Of a stretch of 64,000 nt of DNA, positions 38,516 through 48,890 are shown in pieces (positions within the stretch are counted from its first letter, which is position 1; each line of letters begins with the position of its first letter). The notes under the pieces were generated by a model. The model did not search any database and had not been told where the DNA came from. It was given only the letters and a program-made list of their open reading frames with translations. This DNA comes from an archaeon (GTDB taxonomy: Archaea > Asgardarchaeota > Thorarchaeia > Thorarchaeales > Thorarchaeaceae), in contig JAJRWI010000079.1 in assembly GCA_024276825.1 (NCBI GenBank), positions 32,001 to 96,000 on the forward strand, written 5' to 3'. A program made the translations under genes and the position numbers.

Positions 38516-39760
38516 ATGACGGTGATAATAATGAAATCAGATCTGATTGTTGTTGGAACAGGTCCCGCAGGTCTCATGACAGCTGAGCGCGCCTCGGAGC
38601 GAGGGTTGAGGACTCTGGTCTTGGAAAAGAGAGAAAGAGTCACAGACTCATTAATGGGAGAATTGGTGACCGATAAGGCGCTCAAATTCCTTCGAATAAA
38701 GCCAACTTCAGAATTTGTGGGAAACAAGTTCTCATCAATTGTGGGAGAGAGCCTTGATACTGGAAACAAGATCGTAGTGGACAAGACACAATTGGGCAAC
38801 TCCTACCTGCTGGATGAGGACCTGTGCCAGGAACTCATGCGCAACAGGGCTGAATCACATGGTGCTGAGTTCAGATACAAAGCCAGAGTCAACTCTGTGA
38901 TTAAAGATGGAAATGCTATTGTTGGAGTTCGATACAATCAGTCTGAGGAGGAATTTGCAGGACTCACTGTTGGAGCAGATGGATCATATAGCAGGGTCTC
39001 TGAAACCGCAGGTTTCACTCATCCAAAGTGGCTCCTGAGCTATGGATATCGATGGAAGTTGACAGGGTGTAAAGGCGTTGACCCAGAGGTTGCATACTTC
39101 TATGTTGGACGTGATGTTGGACTCGGCTATCTCTGGTTATATCCCAGAAGCGAAACCGAAGTGAATCTCGGAATAGGCCGTGTTCCCTCTTCTAGGACTA
39201 ACTGGTACAGACTTCCCCCAATGATGGAAGTATTGAAAAAGTACAAGAACCGATTCCCTGAAACCCGTGATGCAAAGATTGCTTCGGTAAATGGAGGCGT
39301 AGTGCCTTGTGCTGGGATTATCCCGCGCTTCACAGACGCAGGTGTTGCACTCTGCGGCAATTCAGCAGGGCAGGTTTCCTCAATTGTTGGTGGGGGAGTC
39401 ACAACTTGTTTTCATGCAGGAATTATGCTTGCAAAGCATGCCCAGAGAGCAGTGGAGGAGAATGACTTTAGTCGGAAGAGTATCTTTCAATATGAGAAGG
39501 AGTACCGAAAGACAAAGATTGCAAATAACATTATGCAGACAGGAAAGGGCATGTGGGCAATCTCAAAGTATTCTATGTTCAATGATCCAATTGATGCTGC
39601 TGAAATCGTGCTCGAGAATCTTGACGCAAGAACATTGAATGCTGCAATTCAGGGCCATTTGAGTTTCAATGACGTAATGAACCTCTTCACAAAATTCCTA
39701 CCCATGGTCATGACAATTGGCAAGGGATACATAAAGAGTCTGGCCGTGAGCGGGCCTTGA
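38516..39760 (+). CDS. Geranylgeranyl reductase family FAD oxidoreductase
   Basis: GTGPAG, GADG..S, GYLWLYP, NLGIG, G(N)SAGQVS..GGG. Confidence 0.88.
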   Translation: MTVIIMKSDLIVVGTGPAGLMTAERASERGLRTLVLEKRERVTDSLMGELVTDKALKFLRIKPTSEFVGNKFSSIVGESLDTGNKIVVDKTQLGNSYLLDEDLCQELMRNRAESHGAEFRYKARVNSVIKDGNAIVGVRYNQSEEEFAGLTVGADGSYSRVSETAGFTHPKWLLSYGYRWKLTGCKGVDPEVAYFYVGRDVGLGYLWLYPRSETEVNLGIGRVPSSRTNWYRLPPMMEVLKKYKNRFPETRDAKIASVNGGVVPCAGIIPRFTDAGVALCGNSAGQVSSIVGGGVTTCFHAGIMLAKHAQRAVEENDFSRKSIFQYEKEYRKTKIANNIMQTGKGMWAISKYSMFNDPIDAAEIVLENLDARTLNAAIQGHLSFNDVMNLFTKFLPMVMTIGKGYIKSLAVSGP

Positions 39761-39977
39761 TAAGAAATGTTTGATTCGGAAGGAGTTCAAAAGAATAATT
39801 AGGGGGGACATCCTTGGGGAGGGTCACCCCCTCTCCAGGTTTCATACATGCTTGACGAGGATTCACACAATCGCAGGAATTATAATCCGCAAATGTATTT
39901 AAAGAAGTGTCGTTTGTAAACAGAAATAAAGTTACAAATGATAATAATGAAATATACATTTTTAATATGCAGAAATC

Positions 39978-40976
39978 GTGAGAATTATGACCTCGAATCT
40001 AGAATCCATAATTCATAACCTGAAAAGGCTTGGATTGCAGATCGATAATGGACGTGAACCAAGGTCCTTTGCACTTCTTCGTGCAATTCTGAAAAGGAGT
40101 AGCAATGGAAGGACAATGTTAACATTCAATCAGATTTACAAGGCATTTTTAGCAGAAATACCAAGCAAGAAGTTTTCGAAACCCTGGGTCCATAAACTCC
40201 TTCAGGAGTTGATTGATCAGGGCTTTGTTACTATTGAGAATCCAAATGCATACAGAAAGAACTATCTGGTCAATGTCAATACAATAATGACTGCTCTTGG
40301 GGAGTTGAGAGAGAAGGCCATTGATAAGGTCGAGCAAGAGTTCAAAAGGCTTGAAGAGGAGTACAGGGCTCTAAAATCGATTGATGTGGAGCACACCGCG
40401 AAAGAACTTGTAAGGGCCCTTGGGGGCGGAGAACAGCAGTTAATTTCGGGTTCGATAAGGGGGGCTAAAGAGTTGCACAGGATAGTGGCAGCCACTATCT
40501 ATTCAAAGGCACGCAAGGGGGATGTGATTAGAGCATCCATGTTAAGAATGACACCATTTGGTTCTGGAGTTTATGAGAGAACAAATAGAATTTTTGAACT
40601 TGTGGAGTCAGGGGTTGTAGTCAAATACCTTCTGAATTTGAAAATTATCAGAGAGGACATGCTGCAGATTGATTCAATGCGAAAACAGTTGGATGACACA
40701 TTTGCCAAGACTCAAGAATATGTACGACATATGCCAAATTTTGATGTGAGATTCTTTTCAGAGGAGGAATTCAATTTTGAATTCATTAGTCTCAACATGT
40801 CGTTTATTGTGTTCGTACTCTCACAAAGCCCTGTTCTCGGTGCATGGATGATATATGATTTCAATGTGGACCTGATCAATAACGCGATCAGGTCATTTGA
40901 TGAAATATGGGAGAGTGCAATATCAATAACTGACATCGAACTGCAAGAAGTCCTAGCAGAGAAAGGAGCATCATGA
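39978..40976 (+). CDS. TrmB-like regulator (wHTH + coiled coil + PLD-like domain), copy 1
   Basis: VHKLLQELIDQGFV wHTH, A.KGDVIR motif, C-terminal NAIRSFDEIWESA. Confidence 0.7.
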   Translation: MRIMTSNLESIIHNLKRLGLQIDNGREPRSFALLRAILKRSSNGRTMLTFNQIYKAFLAEIPSKKFSKPWVHKLLQELIDQGFVTIENPNAYRKNYLVNVNTIMTALGELREKAIDKVEQEFKRLEEEYRALKSIDVEHTAKELVRALGGGEQQLISGSIRGAKELHRIVAATIYSKARKGDVIRASMLRMTPFGSGVYERTNRIFELVESGVVVKYLLNLKIIREDMLQIDSMRKQLDDTFAKTQEYVRHMPNFDVRFFSEEEFNFEFISLNMSFIVFVLSQSPVLGAWMIYDFNVDLINNAIRSFDEIWESAISITDIELQEVLAEKGAS

Positions 40977-41875
40977 GATTGACTGATGTGAAAGAGAAAA
41001 AGGCGCTTGAACTGATTGGAATAGCCAATGACCGTCGGACTCAGGTATTGAGAGCCATATCTAATAGAGTAATTGAATATGGTTCTCCAGTAGGAATCAA
41101 TGAGATCTCAGATGAGCTTCAGAGTACCATTGGTGAAAGGATAGCGAATCCATTAATCTATAGATATCTAAGATCTTTAGAGGAAGACAATCTCATTATT
41201 AAAACACAGATTAGGCCTGCAAAATACTGGATTAATCTTGAGGGACTGATCCTAGCGGTGGAACATCTATATCACAAGAAACTGAGAGAATTACAATCAA
41301 GAGTCGAAGAGATTAAAGAGTTGAAGGCTAAAATATCGAGAATTGATGTTTCAAGGATAGCCGATAAAATAATCTCAAAGACTATTAACAAGGCAATGGT
41401 AAGAAAGCCCATGTCAATTATAGGCGCCGAGAGAATTCTAAATCTAATATCTAGAGAAATCTACAGTTGTGCAAAAAAGGGCGACATTGTGAGAATATGT
41501 ATGGATTGGGTGGATGTGCCTATCGAGGTAGAGCTTCAGCATTACCAAATGGTGATAGAGGCGCTCAAACGAGGAGCTGAGGTGAGGGCATTAAGCACAA
41601 TAAAATGGCCAGCAAATGATGAACCAAATGAGATGAGGAAACAAGACTATCGCAGGCTCAAAAGAAGGTATAAAGTGAGTTATCGCTATTTATCAAAACA
41701 ACTTCACAGTTATCAGTTTGTTGCAAAGAATAACGAGAGCTTTGTGATCATATTAGCAAACAGACCACATTCTGCAGTATGGATACCAGAAGGACAACGA
41801 TTTCCAATTGTGAATGATGCCATTAATGTTTTTGATGAAGATTGGGAAAGAGCAATTGATATGCTAAGGGTCTAG
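40973..41875 (+). CDS. TrmB-like regulator, copy 2
   Basis: IYRYLRSLEEDNLI...RPAKY, AKKGDIVR, DAINVFDEDWERA. Confidence 0.72.
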   Translation: MRLTDVKEKKALELIGIANDRRTQVLRAISNRVIEYGSPVGINEISDELQSTIGERIANPLIYRYLRSLEEDNLIIKTQIRPAKYWINLEGLILAVEHLYHKKLRELQSRVEEIKELKAKISRIDVSRIADKIISKTINKAMVRKPMSIIGAERILNLISREIYSCAKKGDIVRICMDWVDVPIEVELQHYQMVIEALKRGAEVRALSTIKWPANDEPNEMRKQDYRRLKRRYKVSYRYLSKQLHSYQFVAKNNESFVIILANRPHSAVWIPEGQRFPIVNDAINVFDEDWERAIDMLRV

Positions 41876-41877
41876 GA

Positions 41878-42819
41878 GTGATAGTATTGAGTGATGTTGA
41901 GAATCAGATAGCCGATCTGGGACTTGATTTCAACTCAACCGACTTCTTATTGCTTGGGATAGTAATTCAGCTAAGTAGTGAGAGTGATGAAGTTATATTT
42001 AGAAACATCAAGCAGGCCGTTGAAAGACAACAGGGAATCAATATGTCTAGGGTCTGGATATACAAGGTCTTGAAGAAACTGGAGAGGGAGGGATTCATTG
42101 AGATAATTGAGTTTCCGTCACCCACAAAATATCGTAGTGACTATTATATTATCATTGATGCCCTGCAAGAGAGAAAGAAACGGATCATCGAGAAGCTGTC
42201 ACAGGAGGAGCAGGCTATTGAGAAGACCATTTCCCTTCTAAAGACCGTAACGCCAAGCATAATTGGATTTCATTTTTATGGCATGCTAGCAAGAAAGTCG
42301 ATTGAGGGGCATCCGACCATAGTCTTTGGCTATGACAACACAATGCATCTTATCAGAAACAGAATTATGACACAGGCAAAGCCTGGTGATGTGATTCGAA
42401 TATTCAAGCCTCTTGAAAAGAATCCCTCAGACAAATACAAGCACGACTTGATCAGGGATCATGCATACTATGCACTTGACAATGATGTCAGAATGAAGAT
42501 ACTGATTCATCTTCGCAGTGATCAAATCAAAGACTTGCTGAATAGCCAGTTATTTACCAACAAATCCAGATTGTCTCATAAGAGATATAGAAATGTTGAG
42601 TTCAGGTTTATAGTGGAGTGTCCCCCCACCTATATGATGGTATCACTAAATGATAGTCTGATGATCATGTTTCTTAATAGGTCAAGTCAACATAATTTTG
42701 CTGCATTGATATCAAGCGAAAAGAACAGATTTCTAGTGAATGACGCAATTAGGGTGTTTGATAATTATTGGGAACAGGCCCATAATGCAAAGACGTTTGT
42801 TGACATGTACTCAGGATAA
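41878..42819 (+). CDS. TrmB-like regulator, copy 3
   Basis: IYKVLKKLEREGFI...PTKY, AKPGDVIR, DAIRVFDNYWEQA. Confidence 0.72.
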   Translation: MIVLSDVENQIADLGLDFNSTDFLLLGIVIQLSSESDEVIFRNIKQAVERQQGINMSRVWIYKVLKKLEREGFIEIIEFPSPTKYRSDYYIIIDALQERKKRIIEKLSQEEQAIEKTISLLKTVTPSIIGFHFYGMLARKSIEGHPTIVFGYDNTMHLIRNRIMTQAKPGDVIRIFKPLEKNPSDKYKHDLIRDHAYYALDNDVRMKILIHLRSDQIKDLLNSQLFTNKSRLSHKRYRNVEFRFIVECPPTYMMVSLNDSLMIMFLNRSSQHNFAALISSEKNRFLVNDAIRVFDNYWEQAHNAKTFVDMYSG

Positions 42820-42830
42820 TCAGAGAATAA

Positions 42831-43907
42831 CTACTCGGCATCATTACAACTCGAAAGCCATTCGGTGGAGTTAGATAGTCTTAGAAAGATGTCATTACAG
42901 ACATCTTGAAATTCTGAATAGGAGCCATATTCACCACCAGCAGCATATGGGTGTCCACCACCATTAAACAGATGTGCAGCCTTGTTGCATAGTACTTTGT
43001 CAGAACCACGTCTAAACCCAAGCAGACCACCTTGACTAACTGTTATCAGTAAATCGGCAATCTTCATCGAGCGTCCGTCGCTATTCAGATTGTCAAGATT
43101 CGCCATAAAGTTGCCAAAGTCCGTTGTAGTCACTCCCTGAGGCAATTGAATGACCCTTACAAGACACCCATGAATCATCTGATCACAATATGTATCTAGG
43201 GCCTTCTTCATCTTACGCAGGCGCTCTTTACGATAGTTTTTAACTTGCATATTCAAGAGATTATCCTTGAATTGCTGGGTCTGCTCATCCCAGACATTTG
43301 CGGGACCCCCATCCGCTAGATCGGTGAGAATTTTCATCAAAGCTTCAGTCATATCCTGCTTTGAGCTGATTGCATTGAATCTTGTCACCGTCAGGGCGTC
43401 TGAAATAGCATTTGCTGACTCTATCTCACGCACATTAAAGTCGGTATCGTGAGCAATCTTAGCAATCTCTTCGCTGACTGAGTCTCGTGGCATCAATGTC
43501 TTGAATGCAATCTCTGCGGCACAATAATCGTGATTAACTCTGAGAATGGGCTTATTGGGCAGACTAAGAATTGATTGAATTGATTTCATTGACCACTGAT
43601 GATGATCAAGCCATACGACTTTACACCCCTGTGATATTGCTCTTCTTAGGGCCTCGGTGATAAGGTCCAAGAGGGATTCGTCCATTCCGAGATCTGTTAT
43701 AATAACAAGCGTATTTTTCCGCATTGATACCTTCTTGAAGACCTTCTCGAAGGAGCCATAATCTGTCAGAATTACATCGAACTTCAGACCCTTTGCCCTT
43801 GCATATCGCCAGACAATTGCGGCTGCGCCAAGACCATCAACATCCTTCTCATGAGAGATTGAGAGAAGGGAGTCAATCCGTGTGTGTTTTTTTGCGCCTG
43901 AGCTCAT
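42831..43907 (-). CDS. DHH/DHHA1 family phosphoesterase
   Basis: SHEKDVDG, ITDLG, WLDHH, GGGHPYAAG. Confidence 0.9.
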   Translation of the reverse strand: MSSGAKKHTRIDSLLSISHEKDVDGLGAAAIVWRYARAKGLKFDVILTDYGSFEKVFKKVSMRKNTLVIITDLGMDESLLDLITEALRRAISQGCKVVWLDHHQWSMKSIQSILSLPNKPILRVNHDYCAAEIAFKTLMPRDSVSEEIAKIAHDTDFNVREIESANAISDALTVTRFNAISSKQDMTEALMKILTDLADGGPANVWDEQTQQFKDNLLNMQVKNYRKERLRKMKKALDTYCDQMIHGCLVRVIQLPQGVTTTDFGNFMANLDNLNSDGRSMKIADLLITVSQGGLLGFRRGSDKVLCNKAAHLFNGGGHPYAAGGEYGSYSEFQDVCNDIFLRLSNSTEWLSSCNDAE

Positions 43908-44011
43908 CCGTTCCGCATCCTAAAGGTGCCCTGTCATTGAGATTGTTATAATTAATGATTGTGGAATGATATTCGAAAGTGTTTTGTGATAAATGACTAC
44001 ATTCAGAATCA

Positions 44012-45874
44012 ATGACAGACAGTGGGAAAGCCATTCAATTGATGAGTGGAAATGAGGCATTTGCAAGAGGAGCACTGGAAGCAGGAGTCAAATTCTGTGC
44101 ATCCTATCCTGGCACGCCATCCACTGAGATCACTGCTACACTCATGCGATGGGCAGAAGTCCATGGACTTCATGTTGAATGGAGCACAAACGAGAAAGTT
44201 GCACTCGAAGCATGTACTGGAGCTAGCTGGGCAGGAATACCAGCTTTGTGCCCGATGAAGTCGCTGGGCCTGAATGTCGCAGCAGACTTTCTATTGAATT
44301 TGAATCTCTCAGGAACAGGTGATGGAGGCCTGGTCATTGTTGTATGTGATGACCCAAGAGGACACAGTTCAAGTAATGAGCAAGACTCTAGGTTCTATGC
44401 AAAAGCTGCAAGTTTGCCACTCTTCGAGCCAGCCACAAGTCAACAGGCAAAGGACATGGTTGGACACGCCATTAAACTCTCCCAGAGATACAAGATCCCA
44501 GTAATCATCAGAAGCACCACTAGACTCAGTCATTCAAAGGCCCTCGTAAAACTGGGACCAATTAATCAAGGCAAGTGGAAGGCAAGGAGTATCCCCAGTG
44601 ATTTGTACAATGTCCCTGATCCGCATCTGCGACATCGGGACCTTCTCAACAAACTTGAGATGATCAGAGAAGAGTTTGAGTCGGACCCATTTAATTCAAT
44701 GGTTCGGAATGAAATCAATGATTTACTCATCATTTCCACAGGTATTGGACAGATGTATGTCCAAGAAGCACTGAGCATAGCTGGGCTTGAGGGAGTTGCC
44801 ACTCTTGGCCTTGGAACCACATATCCCTTGCCGAAGGAGCTTGTAATGAAAGCGCTTTCCAAGGTTGACCATGTGCTCTTTGTGGAAGAGGTGGACCCGT
44901 TTGTCGAGGAGCAGGTAAGGGCCATTCTGGAAGGAATAAACCTTCGGATATACGGAAAGTTTGATGGAACCATCCCAGCATACGGCGAGATAAACACCGA
45001 TACCATACTCAATGCACTGATGAAGATGGGGAGAATATGGGTTACTGATGAGGGTGATGAAATACGAGAGAGAGCGGCAAGACTCTTAATACCGCGGCCA
45101 CTCACTTTCTGCCCTGGCTGCAGCCACAGGAATGTATACTGGGCTATTAGAAAGGTGCGACAGAGACTGGGTGGAAGACTGTCTGTTATCGGGGATATAG
45201 GTTGTTACTCATTGGGAGTTTTCTACGATCACGCGATGGACACCATGCAAGCAATGGGCTCAGGGATAGGTATTGCAGGCGGACTTGGCCAACTCTCCGA
45301 GTTTGGGTTTGAGGACAAGATAATTGCAGTAGCTGGAGACTCCACATTCTTTCATGCTTGCATTCCAGGGCTGATCAATGCCAAACACAAAGGGTCAGAT
45401 GTCACTTTCATGATTCTGGACAATGGAACAACTGCAATGACTGGCTTTCAAGGGCATCCAGGTTCATGTTCTCAAAGCAACTTAATGACACAAGTTTCAA
45501 TAGAAGGGATTGTCAAGGCAATTCAGCCAGATGAGCTTGTTAGGGCTGATTCTCAGGACATTCCCAGACTTGTGGATCTGATACACACAAACGTCAAAAA
45601 GAGAGGACTAAAGGTCCTAATTCTCGAGGGCGTGTGTGCACTTGAACGCAGGAGGGCGGGCCATGTTATAGATTCACTACATCGTATCACAATTAATAGT
45701 GATAGTTGCATAGGAGAGAAGTGCAGGATATGCGCAAGTCAATTTGGGTGCCCGGCAATTGCATGGAACAATGACACAAAGAAACCCTACATCATCGATC
45801 ATCTCTGCACTCGATGTAGAGCATGCATTGGTGTTTGTCCCCAGTCTGCAATCATTGAGGAGAGATTAGAATGA
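44012..45874 (+). CDS. iorA: Indolepyruvate:ferredoxin oxidoreductase alpha
   Basis: GNEAFARGA, YPGTPSTEI, NEKVALE, SSSNEQD, FCPGCSHR, GDIGCY, GDSTFFH, C-terminal ferredoxin. Confidence 0.93.
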   Translation: MTDSGKAIQLMSGNEAFARGALEAGVKFCASYPGTPSTEITATLMRWAEVHGLHVEWSTNEKVALEACTGASWAGIPALCPMKSLGLNVAADFLLNLNLSGTGDGGLVIVVCDDPRGHSSSNEQDSRFYAKAASLPLFEPATSQQAKDMVGHAIKLSQRYKIPVIIRSTTRLSHSKALVKLGPINQGKWKARSIPSDLYNVPDPHLRHRDLLNKLEMIREEFESDPFNSMVRNEINDLLIISTGIGQMYVQEALSIAGLEGVATLGLGTTYPLPKELVMKALSKVDHVLFVEEVDPFVEEQVRAILEGINLRIYGKFDGTIPAYGEINTDTILNALMKMGRIWVTDEGDEIRERAARLLIPRPLTFCPGCSHRNVYWAIRKVRQRLGGRLSVIGDIGCYSLGVFYDHAMDTMQAMGSGIGIAGGLGQLSEFGFEDKIIAVAGDSTFFHACIPGLINAKHKGSDVTFMILDNGTTAMTGFQGHPGSCSQSNLMTQVSIEGIVKAIQPDELVRADSQDIPRLVDLIHTNVKKRGLKVLILEGVCALERRRAGHVIDSLHRITINSDSCIGEKCRICASQFGCPAIAWNNDTKKPYIIDHLCTRCRACIGVCPQSAIIEERLE

Positions 45875-46464
45875 ATCAGCCATTTAATATTCTGATTGCA
45901 GGAGTTGGAGGCCAAGGAAGTCTTGTAGCTGGAAATGTCTTAGCTCAGGCTGCAGCAATCAGTGGACACAGGGTCATAATCGGCCAGATATTCGGCGCGT
46001 CTAGACGTGGAGGCAGTGTTTTCACACATATCAGAATATGGAGGAAAGATGTGGGCCCATTAATTCCAAAGGAACAAGTTGACATAATTCTTGGACTTGA
46101 GCCACTAGAGACCTTACGTGCAGCCCATGAACTCGCAGGCAAGAAGACGCGGGTCATAATGAGCACTACAGAAGTCCCAACTCTAGATACCCTGGCTGGA
46201 ACACTTGAGTATCCCGCCACTAATGCCATTTTGGAAATCTTGGAGGAACTATGCGAATTGGTCATTGCTGTGAATCCAACTGATACTCTTAAGAAACTGA
46301 GTGCCTCACAGGATCTCAACATTTACATGATAGGCGTTCTGAGTGCAACTCAAGATGTGCCATTTGAGGAGGGCTCTCTAGAACAGGGAATTTGCAAGGT
46401 AGTAGGCCAGCCAGATCGCAGTTTAAAAGTGTTCAATAAGGCGTTTGACAGATACTCTCAATAA
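45871..46464 (+). CDS. iorB: Indolepyruvate:ferredoxin oxidoreductase beta
   Basis: AGVGGQG, GASRRGGSV.THIRI, GLEPLETLR. Confidence 0.9.
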   Translation: MNQPFNILIAGVGGQGSLVAGNVLAQAAAISGHRVIIGQIFGASRRGGSVFTHIRIWRKDVGPLIPKEQVDIILGLEPLETLRAAHELAGKKTRVIMSTTEVPTLDTLAGTLEYPATNAILEILEELCELVIAVNPTDTLKKLSASQDLNIYMIGVLSATQDVPFEEGSLEQGICKVVGQPDRSLKVFNKAFDRYSQ

Positions 46465-46474
46465 TTGACTGGCT

Positions 46475-48784
46475 TCAGCCTTGATTCTTCTTGGCCTCTC
46501 TCCACATGATCTCTGCCAATACAGTGAACATATCAGCAACACCCTCGCCAGTCTTGGCGCTGCTCTCCATGTAGAGGAAGCCCTGGTCTTCAGCCCATTT
46601 CTTTGCCTCTTCTGAAGATACTGCTCTGTCGGGCAGGTCAATCTTGTTTCCAATGCAGATCATAGGCACGCGGGTGCCAATGGACTCGTCAGCCTCTTTG
46701 ACCCATTTTGGTAATTCAGCAAAGGATCTACGTCGTGTGACATCAAAGACAAGTATCACTCCAGCAGCTCCACTATAGTACATCTTCCTAACAGCCTGAA
46801 ATCTGGCCTGACCTGCAACATCCCAGGCCTGAAGTTTGATTCCAATCGCATATTCAGACTCTGGAGGACTGATGTAAGTGAGCTTTACAGCAAACTGCGA
46901 GCCAATTGTTGTTTTATAGTCCTTCTCAAAGGAACCTGTGGTGTATCTAGTGACAAGCGCCGTTTTACCAACAGCACCTTCTCCTATAATCATGACCTTG
47001 AACAAATATGCATATGAATCAGGAGATGCCCCAGGAGGCATGGGCTTTGGCGGGCGTGAACGGATCTCAGCAACTAGAGCACTCTGGTTCTCAACGACTT
47101 CCGAAACTGGCGGAGTTGTAGTTTCAGGAGCAGGTTCTGTTGTTGTGCCCATAGCATTATCTACAATGTCCTGCACCTCAGCACCATCAACCTGCTCACC
47201 AAACAGTCTGTCAAGAAGTTCTTCTGCCTCTCTTAACTGGTCTAATTCACTCTGTACAGGTGTTGAGTCACTTGCACCAAATACTGTGGAAACCTCATCG
47301 GGAGAAGCAAAGGGTGAAATAGCAATCTCTTCACTCACCTTATCCACAACAGGTTCTATGTCTACAGGCGCCTCAGCTGCAGGAGCAGCTATAGCTGACC
47401 CTTTCTCGACGAGGATAGCAGTTTCTGGAGTTGTGACCTGTCGTACCTGGCCCTTTTCATCAGTCCACATCAGAACAATGGGCCTGACAATAACTGTGCC
47501 CTCAGTTGTGGGCATTAGTTGAACCTCAATTATCTTGGCCTCTTTTGGTCCAAGGTCAAAACGCAGTTGTTGAGGATTAACTGTTAGATTGTCCTTGGGG
47601 AACCAATAGATCTTACCTGTGATTCCTGATACAGGCTCATCGCTCACATTTACAACCTTGAGTTTCCCAATGAGTGCGGTCCCGGTTTGTGCACCATCAC
47701 TCACTTCGAATTTTGGAATTATATGATAGAGGCCTGAGATTACTTTTAGAGTGCTGTTTGACAGTCCAACAAGCACCTCTTTCATATCATCACTGTCAAC
47801 ATCCCCAACGTGAATTGATAGTATCTTCGAACTAACATCTACCTCAGAAAGCAGATTAAGTTCTGCCATGTAGAGGTTGTAGAACAAGACACGATAGTCA
47901 TTAGTTGCTACGACAATCTCATCCATATGATCAGCATTCAGTTCTGCGATTCTAACTGATTGGGCCTTGACACCCTCAAGTTTTGAGAACAGCTCGAGTT
48001 TGTTCTCCTCATTTCTGAATATCCTGATCGAACCGTCATGAGTGACCACTCCAAGCTCCATCTTTCTGTCGCCAAGTATATCACCAGCAGCGACTGAGAT
48101 TACAGGGCTTGGAAGCTCAATTGTGTCAATCTGTTTCATGATTCCATTTGAAACCTTGAATATTCTGAGTTTGCTATCACGTGTGCCCGCGACTATCTCT
48201 TCAATCTCATCACCAATAACATCGCAAGTGCCAATGGCCAATGGCATGTCATCTAGTTTAAAGGACACAAGCTCTTCAAGTTGATTATCAGGGGCCATCT
48301 TGTATACTCGAAGTGATGAGTCGCTTCCGCCTGCAATTATCTCATTCTTGCCATCTCCAGTGACATCCGTGACATAGACTGATGTCACAAACCTATCAAC
48401 GCCCTGCTCAGCAAGAAGTTCTAAAACGCCGCTGGGGGCAAAACGGAATACCCTAACGGTACCAGTGCTTCCTGGAGTGTCACCTATTCCAATGCTATTG
48501 CCAACAACAATCTCCATCTGGCCATCATTGTTAGCATCAGCAATCCTTAATGATAAGATACTGCCATTGATTGTGTGAGATGCAAGGAGTTTGATTTCAC
48601 CATTTACCACATCATACAAACGGAGTATTCCGTCTCTGCCACCAGTGCATAATTGCATTTCTTGAGAGTCAGTCACAGGACCCACTGCAATTGCACTCGT
48701 GTTTATCTCATCTGGAATATCAAACATGATTCGAGGTGATGTCAATGTATGGACCATCCAACACTCCACTTTATTATATATCAA
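46475..48784 (-). CDS. Beta-propeller (FG-GAP-like) + Ig-like domain + acidic linker + Rab-like small GTPase fusion
   Basis: DxxGDxxxEIVxG blades; G1 GEGAVGKT, G3 WDVAGQ, G4 NKID, G5 SAK; RabF-like motifs. Confidence 0.88.
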   Translation of the reverse strand: MIYNKVECWMVHTLTSPRIMFDIPDEINTSAIAVGPVTDSQEMQLCTGGRDGILRLYDVVNGEIKLLASHTINGSILSLRIADANNDGQMEIVVGNSIGIGDTPGSTGTVRVFRFAPSGVLELLAEQGVDRFVTSVYVTDVTGDGKNEIIAGGSDSSLRVYKMAPDNQLEELVSFKLDDMPLAIGTCDVIGDEIEEIVAGTRDSKLRIFKVSNGIMKQIDTIELPSPVISVAAGDILGDRKMELGVVTHDGSIRIFRNEENKLELFSKLEGVKAQSVRIAELNADHMDEIVVATNDYRVLFYNLYMAELNLLSEVDVSSKILSIHVGDVDSDDMKEVLVGLSNSTLKVISGLYHIIPKFEVSDGAQTGTALIGKLKVVNVSDEPVSGITGKIYWFPKDNLTVNPQQLRFDLGPKEAKIIEVQLMPTTEGTVIVRPIVLMWTDEKGQVRQVTTPETAILVEKGSAIAAPAAEAPVDIEPVVDKVSEEIAISPFASPDEVSTVFGASDSTPVQSELDQLREAEELLDRLFGEQVDGAEVQDIVDNAMGTTTEPAPETTTPPVSEVVENQSALVAEIRSRPPKPMPPGASPDSYAYLFKVMIIGEGAVGKTALVTRYTTGSFEKDYKTTIGSQFAVKLTYISPPESEYAIGIKLQAWDVAGQARFQAVRKMYYSGAAGVILVFDVTRRRSFAELPKWVKEADESIGTRVPMICIGNKIDLPDRAVSSEEAKKWAEDQGFLYMESSAKTGEGVADMFTVLAEIMWREAKKNQG

Positions 48785-48890
48785 GATTCTATTGTTGACT
48801 ATTTCTACTTTGCTAGGGCGTCTTATTTTGACTTTGACTCAAAGACACATTATTTAACCACTATTGATGAGGATTTCTCGTGTGGTTTAA

